A stretch of 35,219 bases of DNA, from IMG/VR virus record IMGVR_UViG_3300030202_001399; one strand, given 5' to 3'. Below the pieces are notes generated by a model, which searched no databases, was not told the origin of the DNA, and saw nothing but the letters and a program-made list of their open reading frames with translations. This document shows positions 27,349 through 35,219 of this stretch, in pieces; position 1 is the stretch's first letter, and every line of letters begins with the position of its first letter. The DNA comes from an uncultured virus (IMG/VR IMGVR_UViG_3300030202_001399) (lineage: Duplodnaviria > Heunggongvirae > Uroviricota > Caudoviricetes). The translations under genes and the position numbers were made by a program.

Positions 27349-27833
27349 TAAATTAGCCCCCTCATCATTGGGAAGAACCATGAGGTGTTCTTCATTATGC
27401 CCCAATCATCACCATAGCGTTCAGTGAACTTGTCAGTCAGTTCCTTTGGAATCCCCATCATATCCTCTCGTTGATAACCTGCTCTCTCATTCATAGCAGT
27501 CCATTTTGCCTGTGGCATCTTCGTTGCACGAAACCCTGCTATCTTTGGTTTGTTGCCAAGTTTACCTTTTCTGTAAGTTAACATTGCCTTCCAGTTTCCC
27601 CCACCTTTCGGTTGGTCTTTTCCTCTAGCCTTCATACCACCAAGGATAGCATAGTCTCCCATATCTGTGTAACCAGCGATTCCAACAACTTCACCATCAT
27701 TGGTTCTAACTATCCAATTCTGTATGTCATACCATGAAGGTGCGTTTCTTGAAAATGGGTCATCAGGGTTATCCCTGTTCCACATGCGGATTGCTTCTGC
27801 TTCAGAAACTTCCTTGATTTGTATGTCTGCCAT
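27348..27833 (-). CDS. Possible GNAT-fold acetyltransferase
   Basis: ATG 27833 after AGGTGAGG; WIVRTNDGEVVGIAGY..AILGGMKARG..KGGGNWKAML..NERAGY follows the GNAT strand/motif A/motif B order. Confidence 0.45.
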   Translation of the reverse strand: MADIQIKEVSEAEAIRMWNRDNPDDPFSRNAPSWYDIQNWIVRTNDGEVVGIAGYTDMGDYAILGGMKARGKDQPKGGGNWKAMLTYRKGKLGNKPKIAGFRATKMPQAKWTAMNERAGYQREDMMGIPKELTDKFTERYGDDWGIMKNTSWFFPMMRGLI

Positions 27834-27837
27834 TTCC

Positions 27838-30750
27838 TCACCTGAAGTTCGCTTTGAGGAAATAGACCCCCTCTTGTGGAATACCATATTTAGTTCCAAG
27901 ACTACTCATTGAGTCAAAGTCCTTGACGATATTCTCTATATCCATAGCAGTCATATCAGTTTTGTATTTGACATTCATGTAGTCTATTGCTTCTGAGACT
28001 GCATTATAATTATCAACATTTGACATACCGTAGTAAATCGGTTTACCCAACATTTTTCTAATCTCATCGTGTGCTTGTAGAATCAAAGTCTCTTCATCAG
28101 ATTTGGTTATTTTCAAATCTGTTTCCGCTTGAATTATATTTTGAATAATCGAGTCTGCTCCTTTCATGTCCTTGTATGCACTACTAGTTCTGTTAGACAT
28201 CAAATGATAGAATAGTGTTTCAAACGGATACATTTTATTTTTATCATATTTTTCAGCAAGTTTATCTGTTTGAGATTTTGTACCAAGTCCAAATGGTTTT
28301 GACTCTAGGTTAGCATCTGTGAATATATTGTGTAAGAAGTGACCAAACTCAACATTTACTTGTTCTGTTAATTCGCCCTCGAATATATCATCTATCGTAT
28401 CTGCGAGGTCTGTTGTTTTCACGATAAGTTCATTCTGTTTTGACCCTACATTTAATGAAGTTAGAAGCCTCATGAAATCTCGTATGTCTTCTAACTCAGA
28501 AAGGTCTAGTGTAAAGTCCTCGCTTTCCATTCTCAACATCTGTATGAAGGGGCTGTCTGTCGCTGAAGTTTCTTTTGATATGTTTTCAATCGGGCGACTA
28601 CCAGTTTTAGTAATGAAGTCAAGCGGTTCATCTGATGGTTTGTTCCTACTTCTGCTAGGCTCTATGAAGAAGGCGACTATTGCCTTCGTTAGTTTTTCAA
28701 ACAAAGTAGCAATATTCAAATCTTTAATTTCCTTGATATGTGTCTTCCCTGCTCCCGCTCCCCCAAAGGTCGTTCTAGGAGAACGTGCTTCTCTAATTGT
28801 TCTACCTTCTTTGTCTTTCTTTGCTCCTTGACCAAGACCACTAGAAGCACCTTTAGAACTTCTTTCAAAGTCATCACCATACTCGATAAACTCATTGAAG
28901 AGTTTAATGTAGTTGGCTATTCTATCATGCACTTTCAAATCTTGGCTCTCATCTATTTCTTTCATAACAGGAAGATATGTATTATCTAAATTGCCTGATT
29001 GCATTTTTTCTAAGTCCTTGATGTATCTATCTAGGCTAGGAACTAGATAACCCATATCCACTATAACCATGCCAGTCTTCAATCTCCTTGAAATTTCTTT
29101 CAACTGTTTGGAGATAATAGCCCCTGATTTCAATTCTTCAGTTTCCCCTTTTTCCATAGCATAAGCATAAAGAGGGTCTACCTTGATTTTTGTCAGTGAG
29201 TTTATTTTATCTTTCAATGCTTCTTCCTCATCTTCAATGGCCTCTGCCTGTCGTGCAGCCTCCCTCATCTCTTGCATTATTTCTTCGGGAGTTTTCTTTT
29301 CCTTAACATCAGCATCTGTTCCCTTTGGTTTTTCGCCACCTATTGTTTTGATTCCCTTTGGTGAAGTGGTAGTCTCCCCATCTGTATTTTCTTCAGTCAC
29401 CAATAGTTTATCGTCAGGATATTTCCCTACCTCTTTAAGAAATCCTTGTAGAAGCATTATTGATTTTTGTTCAATGTTATCAATATCATCAATTGCAATT
29501 CTATCATGGCGTTGTACATAATTCAAGTCATCAACCTTAACAGCCTTGAATTTCTTGAATGTGCTTTGTAGTTCCTCGCTATACTCATCGTCTATCTTAT
29601 CCATTGCTCCTAGAAACGCATCATGTGCCTTTGTGAAATCAGAGAACTTACCTGAGATGTCAGACCAGTATTCATAGATTTGCTCTCTTCTCTTCAAGGC
29701 TTTAGTGTCTAACCTGCCAATAATCTCAGATGCTCTAGGTAGAGATACTCTATATCTTGCTTCACCTTCTTGCTTCTTAGCATCCAACTGTTTCAACATC
29801 ATCTTGAACGGATGCATAATTGGAACGAAGTATTCAGGTATGGATGTCTCTAAGATATCTATCGCTTCATCAACATCCTCGTCTGTGAATCCAAGTCTGA
29901 TGTTTCTTTTAACATAGTTCCCCCAAGATATATTTCTTCTGACAGTCTTCTTTGGTGCATAATTTCTGAAGTACAAGTCAAAAATTCTAGCATCTACCTT
30001 TTTCCCGTCTTGCTTGAACATACTAAGTATTCTAGAGATATCACTATCTGCCTTTGCTTCGGCTATAACTTCAGATGCAGACAGTCTAGTAGTAGTGGCT
30101 TCATCTCCTGTTACCGCTTTTCCATATCCCTGCCTGACAAGTTCATCAATATAGATAGTGACATCCTTGGCCTTTATCTCGTCAAATAGATTAGGAAATT
30201 TTTCTTCTAGTTCCGATTCGACATCCGCTCTGACAGTTGAAGGATTCTTCGCTGTTCCATCGGCATTTACCGAAAGCCTTCCTTGAAGAGAATCTCCTCT
30301 CATAATGGCTTCATCACTAGACTCTCTAGAGTTAGATTTGCTTTGTAGGTAAATATACAGCACATCGTCAGGAAACTCCTTCATATCCTTTATTTTGAGT
30401 TTTTCAGTAACGCCCTTACCTGAAGGTTTCTCTTGACCATAAACAGGTCTATCATCCTCCCTTGTTAGTAAGTCTATGAGAACGGTTTTCTTCGGGTTGC
30501 CTGTTATTCCAGCAAGAAGCCCTCTTTCATCTGCCAATTGTTTTACCTGATTATAAGACATATTTGAATAATCAGAAGTTTCTTTTGTCTTGGTTTCTCT
30601 TGGTGTGCCGTCTTCATTAAACTCTGCTTTGGATTTACCATTCTTCCAAAAGTGTTCAGCGTTCAAACGATTCATGTAGTCTTTCAATTCTGTTCTACCA
30701 TCTTCTATTAAGATAGCAAATGCACGATTCAAATCAACATTCGGTTTCAC
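27838..30750 (-). CDS. Large K/E/D-rich protein with N-terminal HeH/Rho-N-like motif
   Basis: 970 aa; DYSNMSYNQVKQLADERGL..KKTVLIDLL; GTGA-coupled. Confidence 0.75.
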   Translation of the reverse strand: MKPNVDLNRAFAILIEDGRTELKDYMNRLNAEHFWKNGKSKAEFNEDGTPRETKTKETSDYSNMSYNQVKQLADERGLLAGITGNPKKTVLIDLLTREDDRPVYGQEKPSGKGVTEKLKIKDMKEFPDDVLYIYLQSKSNSRESSDEAIMRGDSLQGRLSVNADGTAKNPSTVRADVESELEEKFPNLFDEIKAKDVTIYIDELVRQGYGKAVTGDEATTTRLSASEVIAEAKADSDISRILSMFKQDGKKVDARIFDLYFRNYAPKKTVRRNISWGNYVKRNIRLGFTDEDVDEAIDILETSIPEYFVPIMHPFKMMLKQLDAKKQEGEARYRVSLPRASEIIGRLDTKALKRREQIYEYWSDISGKFSDFTKAHDAFLGAMDKIDDEYSEELQSTFKKFKAVKVDDLNYVQRHDRIAIDDIDNIEQKSIMLLQGFLKEVGKYPDDKLLVTEENTDGETTTSPKGIKTIGGEKPKGTDADVKEKKTPEEIMQEMREAARQAEAIEDEEEALKDKINSLTKIKVDPLYAYAMEKGETEELKSGAIISKQLKEISRRLKTGMVIVDMGYLVPSLDRYIKDLEKMQSGNLDNTYLPVMKEIDESQDLKVHDRIANYIKLFNEFIEYGDDFERSSKGASSGLGQGAKKDKEGRTIREARSPRTTFGGAGAGKTHIKEIKDLNIATLFEKLTKAIVAFFIEPSRSRNKPSDEPLDFITKTGSRPIENISKETSATDSPFIQMLRMESEDFTLDLSELEDIRDFMRLLTSLNVGSKQNELIVKTTDLADTIDDIFEGELTEQVNVEFGHFLHNIFTDANLESKPFGLGTKSQTDKLAEKYDKNKMYPFETLFYHLMSNRTSSAYKDMKGADSIIQNIIQAETDLKITKSDEETLILQAHDEIRKMLGKPIYYGMSNVDNYNAVSEAIDYMNVKYKTDMTAMDIENIVKDFDSMSSLGTKYGIPQEGVYFLKANFR

Positions 30751-32624
30751 TCATTCACCCCCTGTGCTATCTGTATCCAAACAGCAGGTTCAACAAACCC
30801 ACCTTCAGGGCTTGGTATCTTCCTGTTGAATACCTTGCCCTCTGCACTAACGTCCTTCATTCTATCCTTAACTCCATCAAGGAACAGTTTTCTTATTTTC
30901 GGATATGACTCTATGACTATCTCCTTAAATTCTTCAGTGGTTATATTCCCTTCTTCTAAATCCTCTTCATCTATTTCAGGCCCATTGTATATTTCACTTA
31001 ATCTCTTCAAGGTAATTATTATTCTGTCTAAAGTTCCATCGGATTCTGTGTTTATAGAAGGAGTCAAATCATCGCTAATAATATCCTCAAGGATAGACCA
31101 AGCATCGACTTTCTGAGATTCAAAATACTTTAGTGTTTTCTTATCTTCCTTAGAAGTCGCAACCATTGTGTTATCACTTCTTCTCAATGTCATTTCCTTT
31201 AGGGCATCTTCTACCTTTTCTGAATCACCTAACTCTTCCTCAAGTTCCCTGAAGTTTTTGAATGAATCAGTGATTCCTAGTTTTCCTATGGCTTCAACAA
31301 AGTCATCTACTTCACCACCTTCCAGTGCATCTACTATCTCATCTCTGATTTCTTTAGTCATTTTCTGAGATTTATCTCCCTCTATCTCAGCCATGACCTC
31401 CTTGAAAGCATCGTTTGCTTCAGGGTCTCGCTTTATCTCTGCAAACATATCTCTCTTGGCTTTGTTTCCTTTTCTTGAAAGAGAATTATACTTATCTTTA
31501 GTAGATGCACTTCTATCGGGTTTACCATCCTCAGTGCGTAAACCTAACTTTTTCTCTCTGTCAACTTTCTCTTCCTCTGTTTCATTCTTAGCCCCAAAGA
31601 GTGCAATAATATCTTCCTTATACTTATCATAAATCCGAACAATAGTCGGTTCTGTTATTATTTCATCAATTATGTTTCGTAGTGCTTTATCCTCTACATT
31701 GAATCTTTTCTTATACTTAGTAGGAATTGCCGATTGGTTTAGCCCTTCATTATCCAATATGAAATCCAATGCAGGTGACATTGCCTTTGTTGCAAAAAGT
31801 AACTTAGCAATAGCATCAGTGTCGGGCATGTAAATGAAACTCACTTTCTTCTTCGGTGCAGCGATATTCATTATCTTCTTGATATAATCAATTGCGGTTT
31901 CATCAGTTATAGAAGTTCTAATTTCTACTTGAGGAACACCGCCTATTTTAAGAATCGACTTTATCCTACGCAATGCAGGATATTTTTCTTTAGTGTCAGT
32001 AAGAATAATTCTTTTCAAACTCTTATTCTCTTGAATATATCTTCTTGCTCTTTTAGCCACATCAGAAAGTGAGTCAGCATACTTGTCTTTGCCCCTTCCT
32101 TCTAACATAGCAAGAAGTTTGTCGTATTCTTTATTCTCAATAAAAGACTTAACGCTGTTTTCAAGCCCCACTCTTTTCCCTGTTGCTTTAGTTTTCTTCG
32201 GTTCTACACTATCTAGTCTTGCAACCATCTCAGTAACATTATCAAAAGGCGGGACTGAAACTTTGAAGTCTGTTCCTCTAATGTTCACAACTTCCCCTTG
32301 AAGAAGTCTCTTTGCCTTCTGAACAGATTGAACTTGAGAAGAAGTCAATTCGTCTTTCGTGTATTCTTCCCAATTCTCATCAGTAGAGGCTGCTCGCCAA
32401 ATGTTGTATGTCGGGGTGTCGGGTTTAATTGGAAACTCCTTTACTTCCTGCTTTCCAAAATCGAAGAGGTTGGCATCCTTCGTCTTAGCAGATTCTTTCT
32501 CCCTGCGAAGTTTCTCATCTCTCCTGCGATGAAACTTCTTTCTCTCTTCGTTGTAGCCCATAACTTGAGGCTTCACCTTCTTTGGTTCGATTTTCTTTTC
32601 CTTGAGAACGTCTTGCCAACTCAT
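30747..32624 (-). CDS. Large K/E-rich protein with MSWQDVLK leader
   Basis: Real start likely ATG 32624 (ATGA overlap with the upstream stop). Confidence 0.78.
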   Translation of the reverse strand: MSWQDVLKEKKIEPKKVKPQVMGYNEERKKFHRRRDEKLRREKESAKTKDANLFDFGKQEVKEFPIKPDTPTYNIWRAASTDENWEEYTKDELTSSQVQSVQKAKRLLQGEVVNIRGTDFKVSVPPFDNVTEMVARLDSVEPKKTKATGKRVGLENSVKSFIENKEYDKLLAMLEGRGKDKYADSLSDVAKRARRYIQENKSLKRIILTDTKEKYPALRRIKSILKIGGVPQVEIRTSITDETAIDYIKKIMNIAAPKKKVSFIYMPDTDAIAKLLFATKAMSPALDFILDNEGLNQSAIPTKYKKRFNVEDKALRNIIDEIITEPTIVRIYDKYKEDIIALFGAKNETEEEKVDREKKLGLRTEDGKPDRSASTKDKYNSLSRKGNKAKRDMFAEIKRDPEANDAFKEVMAEIEGDKSQKMTKEIRDEIVDALEGGEVDDFVEAIGKLGITDSFKNFRELEEELGDSEKVEDALKEMTLRRSDNTMVATSKEDKKTLKYFESQKVDAWSILEDIISDDLTPSINTESDGTLDRIIITLKRLSEIYNGPEIDEEDLEEGNITTEEFKEIVIESYPKIRKLFLDGVKDRMKDVSAEGKVFNRKIPSPEGGFVEPAVWIQIAQGVNE

Positions 32625-33283
32625 TGTAACTTCTCCTGCATCTTGTCTCTTACATCCAACCAAACTTCAGGATGATTCTGTGCTAGAACCTCCTTGATGA
32701 CCTGCATCTGATGAACGATGATAGTGTCTTGCCTCTTATGCACCAGTTTGCCCTTAAATTCCAGTAAATATTTCAGAGACTCACGCACTTCCTTCGCTAA
32801 TTTAGTCAATGAGTCGATATATTTCGGGTCTGTTGAGTCTTCAGCAAAAAGTGTATCAATTTTTTGCTCCAATCTCTGAACATTCACACTCAGAGTCTCG
32901 ATTTCGTCAACTTCTCTCGTTGCAATCAGGTTCGCAGCAGATTGTTGGACAATTGGCTGAAGATGTTTCTCCATATGTCGCATAACTTGGACATCTGAGC
33001 ATCCTACCATCTCTCCGACTGCTGAAGGAGTGACTTCTCCGGCATGAAGTTGGGCTTCTATCTCTGCTCTCATGGGGTTGGAGCAAATTCTACAACTTGG
33101 GTTTGAAGATTCGACATATCCGCCCATGTGATTCCTCTGATGTCGTGCAGATGTTCCACTTTTCCAGTTCATCTGTTGGTCGAGAGCGTCTGCGGTGTAA
33201 CTCATGGCTTCCAAATCAGCCTCAAGTTGACTCCTATCCTCATGCATACACAAAGGACAACGCTTTCTCGTAATCATACTCAC
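32621..33283 (-). CDS. Tandem CxxC-HTH-HxxxH protein with coiled-coil; candidate terminase small subunit
   Basis: CPLC..RHQRNH and CRIC..RHMEKH repeats, then oligomerisation-like helices. The TerS call is inference. Confidence 0.5.
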   Translation of the reverse strand: MSMITRKRCPLCMHEDRSQLEADLEAMSYTADALDQQMNWKSGTSARHQRNHMGGYVESSNPSCRICSNPMRAEIEAQLHAGEVTPSAVGEMVGCSDVQVMRHMEKHLQPIVQQSAANLIATREVDEIETLSVNVQRLEQKIDTLFAEDSTDPKYIDSLTKLAKEVRESLKYLLEFKGKLVHKRQDTIIVHQMQVIKEVLAQNHPEVWLDVRDKMQEKLQ

Positions 33284-33372
33284 TCAGCCCAACAATTCCT
33301 GTAACAATATGGGCAACAACTACCTATTGCCATGTTATCTACATTCACTTCCTTAATTCCTCTACACTTCAT
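33280..33372 (-). CDS. 30-aa Cys-rich microprotein (not in ORF track)
   Basis: MKCRGIKEVNVDNMAIGSCCPYCYRNCWAE*; ATG abuts the upstream TAA and the stop overlaps the next GTG. Confidence 0.4.
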   Translation of the reverse strand: MKCRGIKEVNVDNMAIGSCCPYCYRNCWAE

Positions 33373-34464
33373 TTACTGCACCATCTTTACAATTTGTCTC
33401 CAATCGGAAAAATCCTGCTTTTTTGCCGACTTTTCTAATTTAGTATTCTTGAAACCAGCGATTTCTGCCATGTTATTAATTTGCCTTACTGAAATCTTTA
33501 GATAGACTTCTTCCAAGTCAACCTTGAAGTCAGTTTGTAACCACTNNNNNNNNNNTTTCTTAGATTCATCATCCTTCAATGGGAGTTTAGTGTTTAGAAT
33601 CTCCTTCTGTAATTTCTTAGCATTGACGTTTCCTGTACGATAAATGTAAGAGGGATTTTTGATTCTACTATCAAACCAATTTTTGAAAGTAGGAAGATTC
33701 TCATAAACCCACTTTGCTGCCTCTCCTCTCATCTTTGGGTTCTTGATAGTCAAGTTGAATGGGTTGTTCCTAGTATTGTATGCTTTAGCATCTCCTGTTT
33801 CAAACGACTCTAATACCAAATTGCACATCATAAGAAGACTAGGATACTTGAAGTCGAGCAAATCTCCTTTCTCTTCAGCAAAGAGTGCTTGCCAAACAGG
33901 AACTTTGGCTTTACCTGCTCCACCTTCTCCTATTACATACCAATGTTTGGGGGCTTCCTCAACTGACCTGTCTTTATGCCTTCTTTGATATTTCACATAC
34001 TTTGGAGTTCTATAATCGCCAAACACAGGAACATCTTGTAGAACCTTACCTTTCTTGTTGTAACTACGAATGCTTTTGAATTTAATATTCTGAGGATTTA
34101 TCTTTGAATCGGGAGTATTATTTTCAACTAGATAATCCTTCAATTCCTTCACTGCTGTAAGTTGCTTTGTTGTGTAAGCGTCTTCGCTTCCAGCAGTAGA
34201 TGCCTTATCGATATACTCTTGAGTCGAACCTGTTTTGACTTCTTGAGTTTCACCTTTTGAGTTCTTTCTAGATTTAACACCCATTCCACCAATGAACTCT
34301 AAGATTGTCTGTGGCATCTTTGGAATACTCTTACCAGCCTCGGAAGTCCAACCTTCTAACATGGTTGAAAAGTTAGGAACATCTTCACCTAATTCGACTT
34401 CCAATCCGGGGGCTAACTCCATCGTGAACTTCTTTTTCTTTAGAGGTTTTTTTCTTTTTACCAC
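33373..34464 (-). CDS. Lys-rich hypothetical protein (spans an assembly gap)
   Basis: About 363 aa; start uncertain (GTG 34464 or ATG 34422); ends SDWRQIVKMVQ. Confidence 0.65.
   Translation of the reverse strand: MVKRKKPLKKKKFTMELAPGLEVELGEDVPNFSTMLEGWTSEAGKSIPKMPQTILEFIGGMGVKSRKNSKGETQEVKTGSTQEYIDKASTAGSEDAYTTKQLTAVKELKDYLVENNTPDSKINPQNIKFKSIRSYNKKGKVLQDVPVFGDYRTPKYVKYQRRHKDRSVEEAPKHWYVIGEGGAGKAKVPVWQALFAEEKGDLLDFKYPSLLMMCNLVLESFETGDAKAYNTRNNPFNLTIKNPKMRGEAAKWVYENLPTFKNWFDSRIKNPSYIYRTGNVNAKKLQKEILNTKLPLKDDESKKXXXXWLQTDFKVDLEEVYLKISVRQINNMAEIAGFKNTKLEKSAKKQDFSDWRQIVKMVQ
33546..33555. other. Assembly gap (10 N)
   Basis: Run of n characters. Confidence 0.99.
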
Positions 34465-34582
34465 GCTTCTTTCCTCCCCCGTATTTTACATTGAATAATG
34501 GTGCTGTTCCGCCGGAGGTTGTGGTAACTGCGCCAGCCATTCGCAAAATATTAAACCAAGAAGATTCGGATACTGATGACAC
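34385..34582 (-). CDS. Small basic protein with SWFNILR leader
   Basis: 65 aa; AGGAGG upstream of GTG. Confidence 0.55.
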   Translation of the reverse strand: MSSVSESSWFNILRMAGAVTTTSGGTAPLFNVKYGGGKKRGKKKKTSKEKEVHDGVSPRIGSRIR

Positions 34583-34628
34583 AACCTGAACCTCCTGAAT
34601 ACACTGTGGACAATAAACATTGTTCTAA

Positions 34629-34859
34629 TTAACTAGTTGCTTCCATATCCTTTCGCCTTTGAATTGCTTCACAGACAGAACAAATATTAGAGCCATCAGA
34701 ACGTTGTTTGACATTCAGTTTCATTCTTCCACAAACATCACACTGTTGTTTTGTAGGAGTAGTTTGTGAAGGCTCTGCTGTTGGTTTAGTTGCAAGTCTA
34801 TCTCGCATTCGCATGTTGTATTCTAAAGGGTCTATTTTTAGAACACTGAACCAACTCAT
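34629..34859 (-). CDS. Small Zn-ribbon protein with MSWFSVLK leader
   Basis: CDVC..CSVC; ATGA-coupled. Confidence 0.7.
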   Translation of the reverse strand: MSWFSVLKIDPLEYNMRMRDRLATKPTAEPSQTTPTKQQCDVCGRMKLNVKQRSDGSNICSVCEAIQRRKDMEATS

Positions 34860-35173
34860 CTCATTGCTCTCCTATAAAATTCAGAGGTATTAATATCGTC
34901 CAACAATTCCCTTGCTTCAGAAAAAACATCTTTTAATTCCTTCTCTATTTCTTCTAACTGTTTACTTAAGACAAGCATTCTTTCACCTTTTACTGCATTC
35001 TCCCTAGTTATAGGTTCATCATCTTGTAGCGCAATTCTCGCTCGTTCTTCCAAAAATCCCCTAAAGAAAGAAACATCATTTTCAACATCTCCTCCGTTTA
35101 GGATTTTTTTAGCCGTTTTAATTTGTCCAAGAGAATAGTTGCCAGTTTCTTTCAATATGTCTTCCCAACTCAT
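34856..35173 (-). CDS. Hypothetical protein with MSWEDILK leader
   Basis: ATG 35173 after AAGGTGA. Confidence 0.72.
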   Translation of the reverse strand: MSWEDILKETGNYSLGQIKTAKKILNGGDVENDVSFFRGFLEERARIALQDDEPITRENAVKGERMLVLSKQLEEIEKELKDVFSEARELLDDINTSEFYRRAMR

Positions 35174-35219
35174 CTTAATCACCTTCTTACCAAACGTTGA
35201 TACTCTCTCATATCTATTA

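Noticed and set aside
33373..34464. Possible frameshift or pseudogene in the 363-aa ORF
   Set aside because: The interruption is a 10-N assembly gap of uncertain true length, not biology.
157..34893. All plus-strand ORFs in the track
   Set aside because: They are antisense shadows of minus-strand genes (S/L/F/I-rich mirrors of K/E-rich codons) with no recognisable motifs.
17130..35173. W-leader as a secretion signal peptide or CRISPR-like repeat
   Set aside because: No hydrophobic h-region or twin-Arg motif; the DNA repeats are only 9-12 bp, irregularly spaced and coding.
1..35219. tRNA, rRNA, CRISPR array, integrase or IS elements, tail sheath
   Set aside because: None seen by eye; intergenic spaces are mostly under 90 nt.

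Overview
Morphogenesis region of a large tailed dsDNA virus (Caudoviricetes) with a probable euryarchaeal host. The many GGTGA/GGAGGT ribosome-binding sites and the ATP-dependent ligase fit this; a marine Poseidoniales 'magrovirus'-like virus is my best guess and is inference only. Essentially all real genes are on the minus strand and tightly coupled (ATGA/TGATG/TAGTG overlaps). In transcription order (right to left): small and large Lys/Glu-rich proteins, a possible TerS, a GNAT-like protein, terminase large subunit, a wHTH-LAGLIDADG protein, portal, about 13 accessory genes (including a PAP2 phosphatase), an ATP-dependent DNA ligase with a degenerate LigD-PE-like tail, prohead protease with nested scaffold, major capsid protein, decoration proteins, a five-gene membrane module with an Arf/Sar1-like small GTPase, head-tail connectors, tail tube, tail chaperones with a canonical -1 frameshift site, and a truncated tape measure gene. 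Two candidate undescribed systems stand out. (1) A shared N-terminal peptide M-x-W-x-x-hydrophobic-hydrophobic-K on about 12 unrelated proteins, echoed at the scaffold C-terminus, which looks like a capsid cargo-targeting and protease-cleaved leader system. (2) The small-GTPase plus membrane-protein operon, a candidate GTP-switched lysis or membrane-remodelling system. All functional calls come from motif recognition by eye; no searches were run.
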